DNA of 64,000 nucleotides from Escherichia coli (GCF_011045215.1 NZ_CP049201.1), one strand, 5' to 3'; positions 45,571 to 56,335 are shown, counted from the stretch's first letter. Notes: generated by a model from the sequence alone, not told the origin. Numbers and translations: made by a program.

Positions 45571-45939
45571 GTGTCAGACACACTCCCCGGGACAACGCAT
45601 CCCGACGACAATCACGACCGCCCCTGGTGGGGGCTGCCCTGCACCGTGACGCCCTGTTTCGGGGCCCGTCTGGTGCAGGAGGGCAATCAGTTGCATTACC
45701 TTGCAGACCGCGCCGGTATCAGAGGTCAGTTCAGCGATGCGGATGCGTACCATCTGGACCAGGCCTTCCCGCTGCTGATGAAACAACTGGAATTAATGCT
45801 CACCAGCGGTGAACTGAATCCCCGTCATCAGCATACCGTCACGCTGTATGCAAAAGGGCTGACCTGCAAAGCCGATACCCTCGGCAGCTGTGGTTACGTT
45901 TATATGGCTGTTTATCCGACGCCCGAAACGAAAAAGTAA
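45571..45939 (+). CDS. CbeA/YeeU/YfjZ-family type IV antitoxin
   Basis: 122 aa, GTG start; near-identical over most of its length to YeeU as recalled. Confidence 0.8.
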   Translation: MSDTLPGTTHPDDNHDRPWWGLPCTVTPCFGARLVQEGNQLHYLADRAGIRGQFSDADAYHLDQAFPLLMKQLELMLTSGELNPRHQHTVTLYAKGLTCKADTLGSCGYVYMAVYPTPETKK

Positions 45940-46028
45940 ATCATCAGAATAATCTTCTGCTCCGGCCTGGTGTTTTCACCACGCCACTTTCCCATTTTTC
46001 ATCTCTGCATATCAGGAAAATCTTCAGT

Positions 46029-46406
46029 ATGAACACATTACCCGACACACACGTACGGGGGGCATCGCGCCGCCCGTCTCCCGTAACCATCTGGCAGACA
46101 CTGCTCACCCGACTGCTGGACCAGCACTACGGCCTCACGCTGAATGACACACCGTTCGCTGATGAACGTGTGATTGAGCAGCATATTGAGGCAGGCATTT
46201 CACTGTGTGACGCGGTGAACTTTCTCGTTGAAAAATACGCGCTGGTACGAACCGACCAGTCGGGATTCAGCGCCTGTACCCACTCTCAGTTAATAAACAG
46301 CATCGATATTCTCCGGGCCCGCCGGGCAACCGGCCTGATGACCCGCAGCCACTACAGAACGGTAAATGACATTACCCTGGGTAAACGTACGGAGGCAAAA
46401 CGATGA
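46029..46406 (+). CDS. CbtA/YeeV/YpjF-family type IV toxin
   Basis: 125 aa; PSPVTIWQTLLTRLLDQHYGLTLNDTPFADERVIEQHIEAGISLCDAVNFLVEKYALVRTDQ matches YeeV as recalled. Confidence 0.8.
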   Translation: MNTLPDTHVRGASRRPSPVTIWQTLLTRLLDQHYGLTLNDTPFADERVIEQHIEAGISLCDAVNFLVEKYALVRTDQSGFSACTHSQLINSIDILRARRATGLMTRSHYRTVNDITLGKRTEAKR

Positions 46407-46891
46407 AACTTTCCCTGATGCCCGAAGCCGACAGCCTTAACGTACAGGCACTGAACATGGGACGTATTGTCGTTGACGTCGATGGTATTGAGCTCGCTGA
46501 ACTGATTAACATGGTCTGCGATAACGGCTACTCCCTTCGTGTTGTTGATGAATCTGACCGGACCTCAGCAGACTGCACGCCACCATTTGCTGCCCTTACC
46601 GGCATACGCTGCAGTACCGCACATATCACGGAAAAGGACAACGCCTGGCTGTACTCGCTGTCACATCAGACGAATGACACCGGCGAATCAGAATGGATTC
46701 ATTTCACAGGTAGCGGATATCTGTTACGTACCGATGCGTGGTCATACCCGGTTCTGCGGCTTAAGCGCCTGGGCCTGTCAAAAACGTTCCGTCGTCTGGT
46801 TGTCACACTTACCCGACGTTATGGCGTCAGTCTCATTCATCTAGATGCCAGCGCTGAATGCCTGCCGGGTTTACCCACTTTCAACTGGTAA
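46403..46891 (+). CDS. YeeW-like protein
   Basis: Start overlaps the toxin stop (ATGA at 46403-46406). Confidence 0.45.
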   Translation: MKLSLMPEADSLNVQALNMGRIVVDVDGIELAELINMVCDNGYSLRVVDESDRTSADCTPPFAALTGIRCSTAHITEKDNAWLYSLSHQTNDTGESEWIHFTGSGYLLRTDAWSYPVLRLKRLGLSKTFRRLVVTLTRRYGVSLIHLDASAECLPGLPTFNW

Positions 46892-46902
46892 CCAGGAGCA
46901 AC

Positions 46903-47100
46903 ATGAAATCATTAACCACGGAAACAGCGCTGGATATTCTGATTGCATGGCTGCAGGACAATATCGACTGCGAATCGGGAATTATCTTTGACAACGATGA
47001 AGATAAAACGGATTCGGCAGCACTGTTGCCCTGTATTGAACAGGCCGGGGAGGATATCCGTACCCTGCGCCAACTGCAGCTTCTGCACCAGAACCGGTGA
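46903..47100 (+). CDS. DUF957-like small protein
   Basis: AGGAG upstream of ATG at 46903. Confidence 0.4.
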   Translation: MKSLTTETALDILIAWLQDNIDCESGIIFDNDEDKTDSAALLPCIEQAGEDIRTLRQLQLLHQNR

Positions 47101-47184
47101 ATCTCACTCACCAGACTTTATTCCACTGACGTCAGCCTGAACAGGGCTGGCGTTTTCGTTTATAAACCAAAAGGGAAACCGATA

Positions 47185-48027
47185 ATGTCAGACATCACAA
47201 TCTCCCGTCCGGAAGTGGTCACCGGGCATACGGACGTTATTTGCTCAACCAGCATTCGCCACATTCTGGCTGTACGAAAGAGTACACTGTTGCAAATCGA
47301 CACACTTATCCGGCGACTGGCTGAAATATCAGCAATGACAGAAAGTATTGGCGGTAAAACTGCTCTGGACTGGGCCATGAAACAGGATTTTCGCTGCGGT
47401 TGCTGGCTGATGGAGAAACCTGAAACGGCAATGAAAGCCATTACCCGGAATCTTGACCGCGAAATCTGGCGTGACCTGATGCAACGCTCCGGGATGCTGT
47501 CCTTAATGGATGCACAGGCCCGTGATACATGGTACCGGTCACTGGAATATGATAATTTTCCGGAAATCAGTGAAGCGAATATCCTGAGCACATTTGAACA
47601 ACTGCACCAGAATAAGGATGAGGTGTTTGAGCGAGGGGTGATCAACGTCTTCAGGGGACTGAGCTGGGATTACAAAACCAACTCACCCTGCAAATTTGGC
47701 AGTAAAATTATCGTCAACAATCTGGTGAGATGGGACCGGTGGGGGTTTCATCTTATCACCGGGCAACAGGCAGATCGACTTGCCGACCTGGAAAGAATGC
47801 TGTATCTGTTCAGCGGCAAACCGATCCCCGACAACCGGGAAAACATCGCCATTCATCTGGATGATCACATCCGGTCTGTTCAGGGTAAAGAGTGCTATGA
47901 AGATGAGATGTTCAGCATCAGATACTTTAAGAAAGGCTCCGCGCACATCACGTTCAGGAAACCAGAACTGGTTGACAGGCTTAATGATATTATTGCGAAA
48001 CACTATCCGGAAGTGTTACCTTCATAA
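47185..48027 (+). CDS. DUF4942-like protein, last gene of the island
   Basis: 280 aa; typical terminal gene of CP4-type modules. Confidence 0.5.
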   Translation: MSDITISRPEVVTGHTDVICSTSIRHILAVRKSTLLQIDTLIRRLAEISAMTESIGGKTALDWAMKQDFRCGCWLMEKPETAMKAITRNLDREIWRDLMQRSGMLSLMDAQARDTWYRSLEYDNFPEISEANILSTFEQLHQNKDEVFERGVINVFRGLSWDYKTNSPCKFGSKIIVNNLVRWDRWGFHLITGQQADRLADLERMLYLFSGKPIPDNRENIAIHLDDHIRSVQGKECYEDEMFSIRYFKKGSAHITFRKPELVDRLNDIIAKHYPEVLPS

Positions 48028-48162
48028 TAAAGCTCTAAGAATTGATTCGATTGTGTATTTTAGCTTCATTCCCTTACGCAAAGTCATTTGGGGGTTCTTA
48101 TGGGGGTTACTCATTTATCCAACACAGATTAATCATTTAAAATCAAAACATTAACACTCATA

Positions 48163-48186
48163 TTCGACTCCTGTGATCTTCCGCCA
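48163..48186 (+). repeat. 24-nt copy of the 3' end of tRNA-Sec (selC), attR-type island boundary
   Basis: TTCGACTCCTGTGATCTTCCGCCA matches the T-arm/acceptor 3' end of selC as recalled; the preceding tRNA body is absent here. Confidence 0.75.
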
Positions 48187-48821
48187 AAATGCCTCTTCAT
48201 ACGTTCTCCAATCCCTCGTAATACTGTCAATCCAGATATTTTATACTGCTCAATATTCAATCGGCTTCAGGAATACCTGGTCAAAGGTTTTGTGATGGAC
48301 GATGAGCAGCTGAAGAATCCGCCTGTCGGTTCTTCTGTCCTCGAACGCATCCGCGATATTCGCGCCAGTATGCGCCGTGTTTATTTGCAGGTGATTTGCC
48401 CCCTGCTGGCTCTCAGCCAACTGTATCGCCATTAAGGTGAAGATGTTGTTTTACTCGCCCCAGAACACCCTTTTTTATACGACTATTCTATTTCTTTAAC
48501 CGCTGGCGAAAAAAACTGACTATAAACTTCGCCAATAATCAGACTGCCATCAAGATTAATTTGTTCATTTAATATATCAAATCAACTTGTTTTATTTTTA
48601 CTATCAAAAATAGCTCATTGCCTTACCATAATTAATATATAAATTCGGTGATTAATTCTTAACATGCTTTTGCTAATAATCTCAATTGCTGGCCCTATAA
48701 TATTGCGCTAGCATTGCTTTCTGGTTGTATCAGCGATACTCAAAAATTCTTAATACAATGCTCATTCGACTGGTACTTATTTGTAACTCAGTTATATTTT
48801 GTCGCCCGGTGATTCAGAAGA

Positions 48822-50006
48822 ATGCAAAAAACGGCTACCACTCCATCAAAAATACTTGATCTCACTGCCGCGGCATTTTTACTTGTCGCCTTTCTGACTG
48901 GTATTGCGGGCGCTCTTCAGACTCCTACCCTAAGTATATTCCTCGCAGATGAACTGAAAGCCCGTCCTATAATGGTAGGTTTTTTCTTCACCGGTAGCGC
49001 TATTATGGGAATTCTGGTCAGTCAATTTCTGGCAAGGCACTCCGATAAACAAGGCGACCGTAAATTACTGATTCTGCTATGTTGCTTATTTGGAGTGCTG
49101 GCCTGCACGCTTTTTGCGTGGAATCGCAACTACTTCATTCTGCTCTCAACGGGCGTACTTCTGAGTAGTTTTGCTTCCACCGCAAACCCGCAAATGTTCG
49201 CCCTCGCCCGTGAACACGCCGACAGAACAGGCCGTGAGACGGTCATGTTCAGTACATTTTTACGTGCTCAGATCTCGCTTGCCTGGGTTATCGGGCCACC
49301 GCTCGCTTATGAACTGGCAATGGGATTTAGTTTTAAAGTGATGTATCTCACCGCTGCCATCGCATTTGTTGTTTGCGGGCTGATAGTCTGGTTGTTTTTG
49401 CCATCAATACAAAGAAATATTCCTGTCGTTACCCAACCCGTAGAAATTTTACCCTCCATCCATAGAAAGCGAGATACGCGGCTACTTTTTGTGGTTTGTT
49501 CAATGATGTGGGCGGCGAATAATCTCTACATGATAAATATGCCGCTATTTATTATTGATGAACTGCATCTAACCGATAAACTGGCTGGAGAAATGATTGG
49601 TATCGCTGCCGGTCTGGAAATTCCGATGATGTTAATCGCAGGCTATTACATGAAACGTATTGGCAAGCGACTATTAATGCTCATTGCTATCGTGAGTGGA
49701 ATGTGTTTTTACGCCAGCGTACTCATGGCAACAACTCCGGCAGTTGAGCTGGAATTGCAAATTCTAAATGCCATCTTCCTTGGTATTCTCTGTGGTATCG
49801 GTATGCTTTATTTTCAGGACCTGATGCCTGAAAAAATAGGCTCTGCGACAACGTTATATGCAAATACTTCACGCGTCGGCTGGATTATCGCCGACTCTGT
49901 TGACGGAATTATGGTTGAAATCTGGAGCTACCACGCGTTGTTCTGGCTGGCGATAGGGATGTTGGGTATTGCGATGATTTGCCTGCTGTTTATTAAAGAT
50001 ATTTAG
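48822..50006 (+). CDS. setC: SetC sugar efflux transporter (MFS)
   Basis: 394 aa, about 12 TM helices; synteny selC-setC-yicL-nlpA-yicS as in E. coli K-12. Confidence 0.85.
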   Translation: MQKTATTPSKILDLTAAAFLLVAFLTGIAGALQTPTLSIFLADELKARPIMVGFFFTGSAIMGILVSQFLARHSDKQGDRKLLILLCCLFGVLACTLFAWNRNYFILLSTGVLLSSFASTANPQMFALAREHADRTGRETVMFSTFLRAQISLAWVIGPPLAYELAMGFSFKVMYLTAAIAFVVCGLIVWLFLPSIQRNIPVVTQPVEILPSIHRKRDTRLLFVVCSMMWAANNLYMINMPLFIIDELHLTDKLAGEMIGIAAGLEIPMMLIAGYYMKRIGKRLLMLIAIVSGMCFYASVLMATTPAVELELQILNAIFLGILCGIGMLYFQDLMPEKIGSATTLYANTSRVGWIIADSVDGIMVEIWSYHALFWLAIGMLGIAMICLLFIKDI

Positions 50007-50116
50007 CTCACCAGTCTGGGCTAAGAAAAATCGGCGTGGCGCAAACAGAGCCATCCTCGCCATTTTTGCTATCATGCCTGCATACATAAACGACAAAACA
50101 GTATGCAGAGGGAAAA

Positions 50117-51040
50117 ATGGGTTCCACCAGAAAGGGGATGCTGAACGTTCTGATTGCCGCCGTGTTGTGGGGAAGTTCAGGGGTCTGCGCGCAATACATC
50201 ATGGAGCAAAGCCAGATGTCGTCGCAGTTTTTGACTATGACGCGTTTGATATTCGCCGGTTTGATTCTGCTGACGCTGTCATTTGTTCATGGCGATAAAA
50301 TTTTTTCTATTATTAACAATCACAAAGATGCCATTAGTCTGCTGATTTTTTCCGTGGTTGGCGCGCTCACCGTACAGCTCACTTTTTTGCTAACCATCGA
50401 AAAATCGAACGCAGCCACGGCAACGGTGCTGCAATTCCTCTCACCGACGATTATCGTCGCCTGGTTCTCACTGGTGCGTAAATCGCGCCCGGGCATTCTG
50501 GTTTTTTGCGCTATTTTGACATCGCTGGTCGGGACTTTTTTATTGGTGACACACGGTAATCCGACGTCATTATCGATCTCTCCTGCCGCGTTATTCTGGG
50601 GCATTGCCTCGGCATTTGCTGCTGCATTCTATACCACCTATCCCTCAACGCTGATTGCCCGCTATGGCACGTTACCAGTCGTCGGCTGGAGTATGCTGAT
50701 CGGCGGTCTGATTCTGTTGCCTTTTTATGCCAGACAAGGAACAAACTTTGTCGTTAACGGCAGTTTGATTCTGGCTTTTTTTTATTTGGTGGTCATTGGT
50801 ACGTCCCTGACATTTAGTCTGTACCTGAAAGGAGCACAATTAATTGGCGGTCCAAAAGCCAGCATTTTGAGCTGTGCAGAACCATTAAGTAGCGCGCTGC
50901 TCTCTTTGCTGTTGCTGGGGATCACATTCACTTTGCCGGACTGGCTGGGAACGCTGCTGATTCTGTCATCGGTAATTTTGATTTCAATGGATTCCCGTCG
51001 CCGCGCCAGAAAAATAAATCGTCCGGCGCGGGATGAGTAA
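50117..51040 (+). CDS. yicL: YicL EamA/DMT-family transporter
   Basis: 307 aa, 10-TM DMT pattern, conserved synteny. Confidence 0.85.
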
Positions 51041-51043
51041 GAA

Positions 51044-51862
51044 TTACCAGCCAGGCACTGCGCCACCGTTAAAGATGGTTTCTGCCGCTTTTGCGACTTC
51101 GGGTGATTGATAAGATTGCAGAAATTCCTTCACGTTTTCTGCATTCTTATTATCTTCCCGTGCCACCAGGATGTTCACATACGGCGAATTTTTATCTTCA
51201 ATAAATACGCTGTCGTGCACCGGAGAAAGTCCGGTCTGCTGAATGTAAGTGGTGCTGATAATCGCCACATCAACTTTGGGATCATCCAGTACGCGCGGGA
51301 GCTGCGCCCCCTCGAGTTCCATAATCTGCAAATGACGAGGATTATCGGTTATATCCAGCGCGGTAGGTAGTAACCCTTTTCCCTCTTTCAGAGTAATTAG
51401 CTTCTCTTTTTGCAACAGTAAAAGCGCGCGACCAAGGTTGGTCGGGTCGTTGGGGATCGCCACTGTCGCGCCTTCTTTTATTTGCGCCACGGTTTTGATT
51501 TTTTTGGAATAACCCGCCATGGGGAAGACAAACGTATTTCCCACCGCTACCAGTTTATAACCATGCGCCTGATTATCTTGTTCAAGAAAGGGTCGATGCT
51601 GGAAGACGTTCGCATCAAGCTCGCCATGATTTGTCGCATCGTTCGGTAGCAACGAACCGCTAAAACCTACCAGTTCAACATCGAGGCCATATTTCTCTTT
51701 TGCCACCTTTTTAGCGACTTCCGCGACATCTTGTTCTGCGCCATTTATAACGCCAACTTTAATGTGTTTTACATCGCTGCTGCTCTGGTCGCAACCTGCC
51801 AGCAGAATTCCTGCCAGCAATAATGCGGCCCCCGCCCGTAGATGATGTGTTGTCAGTTTCAT
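51044..51862 (-). CDS. nlpA: NlpA lipoprotein-28 (methionine-binding lipoprotein family)
   Basis: 272 aa, lipobox LLAGC. Confidence 0.9.
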   Translation of the reverse strand: MKLTTHHLRAGAALLLAGILLAGCDQSSSDVKHIKVGVINGAEQDVAEVAKKVAKEKYGLDVELVGFSGSLLPNDATNHGELDANVFQHRPFLEQDNQAHGYKLVAVGNTFVFPMAGYSKKIKTVAQIKEGATVAIPNDPTNLGRALLLLQKEKLITLKEGKGLLPTALDITDNPRHLQIMELEGAQLPRVLDDPKVDVAIISTTYIQQTGLSPVHDSVFIEDKNSPYVNILVAREDNKNAENVKEFLQSYQSPEVAKAAETIFNGGAVPGW

Positions 51863-52070
51863 TTTTTATCCTTTTTTTAATCATTAACTGACTATAATGG
51901 CAAGATCACTACGATTTAAAAAACGAAAAGCTATCGAATAGAAGAAAAAGGTATAAAAAACTGGCACTTCTTACTGACCACGCAAACACCTTTCGTACAG
52001 CATGATGAGAGCGGCAAAAGCAAACTACACTTATGCTTCATTCGATGCACATTTGCAGAAGGTTGCCGCT

Positions 52071-52364
52071 ATGAAGCTAACGATGCTACTCATGATTACC
52101 GTATTCCTGACTTTTCCAGCAATTTCTAAGGCCGAGTCGCCATTCAGTTCGCTACAGTCGGCAAAAGAGAAAACCACGGTATTGCAAGATTTACGTAAAA
52201 TTTGCACGCCACAGGCGTCATTATCAGACGAAGCGTGGGAAAAATTAATGTTGTCTGATGAGAGTAACAAACAACATATCCGTGAAGCTATTGTGGCGAT
52301 GGAGCGTAATAATCAGAATAACTACTGGGAAGCGCTGGGTAAGGTGGAATGCCCGGATATGTAA
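52071..52364 (+). CDS. yicS: YicS small secreted protein
   Basis: 97 aa from ATG at 52071 (ORF track starts upstream at 52002); signal peptide MKLTMLLMITVFLTFPAISKA. Confidence 0.8.
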   Translation: MKLTMLLMITVFLTFPAISKAESPFSSLQSAKEKTTVLQDLRKICTPQASLSDEAWEKLMLSDESNKQHIREAIVAMERNNQNNYWEALGKVECPDM

Positions 52365-52665
52365 ATTTCGCACACCTCCGCGCTCAGGCCAGCAGCAGCT
52401 GACTTAAGCTCGCACATCAGTAAATCACCTGCTTTTTCAAATTCCAATCAAAATTGAACCCGTTCATCAGGATTGTGGATAAATTTCCCTCTACATTATT
52501 TTCATTTCATCACATAGAAAATCTTATCTCATTGAAACAATACTTGTTTTTAATGCAGAAAAGGAAGCCCAACGGATGGGCATAAAAATGAGCGAATTTT
52601 GATATCACCACCCTCTAAAAAATGGTGAAGTCTGAACAAAGAATGTTCGAAAGGAGAGAGTAGAG

Positions 52666-53163
52666 ATGGAAAGCGCAAATCGGGATTTAGAAGAAAATAA
52701 AGAAATTGCCAGTAAGTTCGAACGTGCACTAGGTATGGGAGCAACACTTGCAGAGCTGCATGGCATTACTCCGGATACCCTTGAAGGCGTTTATGCTTAC
52801 GCTTATAACTTTTATGAAAAAGGAAGACTTGACGAAGCTGAACTCTTTTTTAAATTTCTCTGTATTTATGATTTCCAAAATTATAACTACTTAAAAGGAT
52901 ATGCCGCCGTTTGTCAGTTGAAGAAAGATTATCAAAAGGCATTCGACATGTATCATATCTGTTTAATGCTATCTCCCGATAACGATTTCTCTTTGGTTTA
53001 TTATATGGGCCAATGCCAGATGGGCTTAAAAAACATTAAAATGGCCACGGAGTTATTTAATACAGTCGTAACCTACAGCCAAAACGAAAAAGTTAAAGAG
53101 ATGGCTACTGCTTATCTTGAACTTTTGACAGCCAATACCGAAGAGGAAGTTCAAACAGAGTGA
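52666..53163 (+). CDS. eicA: T3SS class II TPR chaperone, SicA/IpgC/LcrH family
   Basis: 165 aa; GRLDEAELFFKFLCIYDFQNYNY...AAVCQLKKDYQKA aligns with SicA; symbol by analogy with the eip locus of EAEC 042 (from memory). Confidence 0.85.
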   Translation: MESANRDLEENKEIASKFERALGMGATLAELHGITPDTLEGVYAYAYNFYEKGRLDEAELFFKFLCIYDFQNYNYLKGYAAVCQLKKDYQKAFDMYHICLMLSPDNDFSLVYYMGQCQMGLKNIKMATELFNTVVTYSQNEKVKEMATAYLELLTANTEEEVQTE

Positions 53164-53410
53164 GTCGGCAAAATGAACATAAACGGAAAAAACGCTTCTT
53201 TTACGCCTGAAGAGTTAACCAGGAAATATCATGAGGAAGCCCCGGTTGATTTAAAAAATAACCATGGCGATAAAATAAATGAGAAAAACAACAATAAACA
53301 CATTACTTACTTTCCCGTTGATGCCATTTTAGATGGGAATAAACATCTGCCATGAGTTAAATAAAAAAGAATTAATTACACCCGATGATAGCTTAAAAAG
53401 GAGGTGAATT

Positions 53411-55192
53411 ATGTCGGCACCGATTACGGGACAAACGATCACATTTGAACAAGTCAGCGAAACATTGCGTACACAGTATAGCGATGCGGAAAAAAGACTG
53501 CAGGACAGCAGCAAAACGCAAGTTGATCCCATGCGGCTTAATAAAAACCCGAAATCCCTTGATAACGATATTCGCGCTCGTCTTGAAAATAAACCTATGC
53601 TTGCTCCGCCTGCAATGCAGGTTTCAGATTCAGACAACGCCACTACAGCAAAGACGAATGATGCCCGCCTGACAATGATTTTGGGTAATTTAACAGGCAT
53701 TGCCGATCAGGATATTACAACACGATTGCATAATAACCTTGACAGCACCCTGCTTCGACACGAAATGGCACATAATAAGTTTCGTGAATTAAGCGACGCC
53801 TATGCATCCTCATTAGATTCTGCGCAAAAAGCTGACGATATCATGCATCAGGCCAACAATAATTACAATGCGGTCGATAAAAAGGTGCAATCGCTGGAGA
53901 AAAAAGTCAATACATTGAATCAAGAGCTGTCGCAACTGCAACCTGGCGATCCGCAATATAATAAAGTACTGACGCAAAAAAATGCGGCTGAGAAAACACT
54001 CACGCTGTCATTACAAAAAAAATCGTTAGCTGAGAAATCGTTAAATACAGCCATTATGGATGCTGATGCTGCGATCGGCCAAAGTATGGAAATTTTTGAC
54101 GAAATTCAACAGCAAGAACAGATTAATAACTTTACCACTAATATTTGCCTGACCCAGGAAAACCAGAAAAACAGAAACGCAACAGCCACATTTATCCTTT
54201 TGATTACCTCAGTAATGGAAGTTATTGGTGATACCAATTGCGAATCCATTAAAAATCAATCTGAGGTAATGAAAGAAATTAACCATGTCAGGGAAAATAA
54301 ACTCAATGAAACAGCGCGTAGCTATACTACATGGACAAAACTTTTAAACATTATTAATGAGGTCGTTACTGTAGTTACCTTTGCCGTAAGTGCAGCCTTA
54401 ATTGTGATTGGTATTGTCGCAGCAGTTCCAAGTGCTGGGGCAAGCTTTGCTGGAGCGCTGGCACTAATTGGAGGAATCACGGGGGCAGTAGTATTAGGTG
54501 TTGATATTATTTGTCAAATCACTCTGGGCACCACGGCTACCGGTTGGATTTTAGGAAAACTTACTGAAGGTCTTTCGGGTATTATTTCAAAATATGACCC
54601 CACACTACTCGCAATCTGCGCTCTTCTGGACGCCTTGGGTGTCCAACAAACGACTATTGATTTAGTACAAGATATTTACTCATCTGCAGCCGCTTCTATT
54701 GTTATGGTAACATTAATGATTGGTGCAACATTAATTTGTTCAGTAGCAATAAGTGAACTTGTAAAGGCACTCTCAAAAACTGCCGCCGAAGAAATCACAA
54801 AAGAAATAACTGACAGTATAAAATCCACCGTGGAATCTATGATCAAGTCAGTTTCAAAAAAAATCATGTCAGCATTAAATTTCCTCGGTGACAAAATAAA
54901 AGCATCATCACAATTTATAATGATATTTGCAAAAATAACTATTCTTCTTGAAAAAGTTGCCGCAGGCGTTTGTACAATAATTACATCGTGCATGAATCAA
55001 TACGCTGCCAGTAAGTCTGCAGATATCGAAATTCTACAACAAGATATAAGCAATCTATCAAAAACGCGCGAACAAATGCTTACAGTGATGCAAAGGATAG
55101 ATAAAACCGTCGAACAAGAGGTAGCTCAGATGGTGCGTGTATTACAACACCGAACTGAAGCTTTGAAATTTGCTTCTCATTCTATCGTATAA
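53411..55192 (+). CDS. eipB: T3SS translocator, SipB/IpaB/YopB family
   Basis: 593 aa, coiled-coil N-terminus, two long hydrophobic segments, AAAGGAGG RBS. Confidence 0.8.
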   Translation: MSAPITGQTITFEQVSETLRTQYSDAEKRLQDSSKTQVDPMRLNKNPKSLDNDIRARLENKPMLAPPAMQVSDSDNATTAKTNDARLTMILGNLTGIADQDITTRLHNNLDSTLLRHEMAHNKFRELSDAYASSLDSAQKADDIMHQANNNYNAVDKKVQSLEKKVNTLNQELSQLQPGDPQYNKVLTQKNAAEKTLTLSLQKKSLAEKSLNTAIMDADAAIGQSMEIFDEIQQQEQINNFTTNICLTQENQKNRNATATFILLITSVMEVIGDTNCESIKNQSEVMKEINHVRENKLNETARSYTTWTKLLNIINEVVTVVTFAVSAALIVIGIVAAVPSAGASFAGALALIGGITGAVVLGVDIICQITLGTTATGWILGKLTEGLSGIISKYDPTLLAICALLDALGVQQTTIDLVQDIYSSAAASIVMVTLMIGATLICSVAISELVKALSKTAAEEITKEITDSIKSTVESMIKSVSKKIMSALNFLGDKIKASSQFIMIFAKITILLEKVAAGVCTIITSCMNQYAASKSADIEILQQDISNLSKTREQMLTVMQRIDKTVEQEVAQMVRVLQHRTEALKFASHSIV

Positions 55193-55204
55193 GAGGATTC
55201 AAAA

Positions 55205-56335
55205 ATGACCAATAATATTAGCAATATAAACAATACAGCTCATAATAAGAATCTCGACAAAACAACATTCGATGAACAACCTGGTTATGAAACAAGAGTA
55301 TCACAAGCTAAAAAAATACTGCAAAGTTTTTCGTCAAATGATATTAAAGTTGACACAAATACTAAATTTATTAGTCTGATAGAGTCTGTCCGTGCTCTCT
55401 CACCTGAAGTACAATGTAAGGTACTAGATGGTCTTAATTATGCTAAGAATACACTACATAATATAAATCAAAATTCTGCTGTAGCAACAAAATCATCCTG
55501 TCAGTCTACCGAGTCAATAGAGAAAACCATAACATTTAATATTCTCGATATGTTAGATAATTTGACGATGAGACAACAGAACATTATGGAGGCCTTTCTA
55601 AGAGTCTTTACATCAATGTACAATGCCTCTGCCATGGCGGATGCTAGCATGAGCATCGTTTTTGAACAGCTTGTCCAGCTTCAGAGTGACGAAACAAAAA
55701 ATGCTTCTTGGGCAAATTTAACAGGTGCATTAGCAGGCTCAGCTATTAATGCTACGGGAGCTGTATTTATGGCAGGTGCAGAACTTGCGAAGCCCGCGGG
55801 AAAGATAGATGATATCGCAGAAAACCAGGAACAAAATGCAGAAAAACCAGAGGACCAAACTCGGATAAGATCAAAAGAAGATATGGCAAATGCGAAAGCC
55901 AGACTTGCCGAAATAGAAAATCAACAAAAAGCATTATCAAATAACGAGAATATTGAGGATAATGACAAACAAGAGCAATCAAGTAAGTTACAAAAAGAAA
56001 AAGAAAGTATCACTAATAAAATTAAAGACAAAGAAAAAATTAATAGTCACAATCTAAGATATGGTATTACCAGTTCTATTTCTCATACCAATAATCTATT
56101 TCAGTCTATTGCAAATCTATCTCAATACGGCGGAACAGTGGCATCGGAACATACTTGTGCAGAAAAAGACTTGGCTGAGCAAGCTAAAAATGTTATGCAT
56201 TCAGTTATGAGTAGCTATCTTGATCAAATTAATCGTGATGTTCAAGGAAGAGATCAGGCACTCAATTTATTACAGCAAATAATACAAACCATTATTGATA
56301 CTGATAGTGCTATCGTTCAAGGCATTCGCTCATAA
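55205..56335 (+). CDS. eipC: T3SS translocator, SipC/IpaC family
   Basis: 376 aa, central hydrophobic segment, position after the SipB-like gene. Confidence 0.7.
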   Translation: MTNNISNINNTAHNKNLDKTTFDEQPGYETRVSQAKKILQSFSSNDIKVDTNTKFISLIESVRALSPEVQCKVLDGLNYAKNTLHNINQNSAVATKSSCQSTESIEKTITFNILDMLDNLTMRQQNIMEAFLRVFTSMYNASAMADASMSIVFEQLVQLQSDETKNASWANLTGALAGSAINATGAVFMAGAELAKPAGKIDDIAENQEQNAEKPEDQTRIRSKEDMANAKARLAEIENQQKALSNNENIEDNDKQEQSSKLQKEKESITNKIKDKEKINSHNLRYGITSSISHTNNLFQSIANLSQYGGTVASEHTCAEKDLAEQAKNVMHSVMSSYLDQINRDVQGRDQALNLLQQIIQTIIDTDSAIVQGIRS

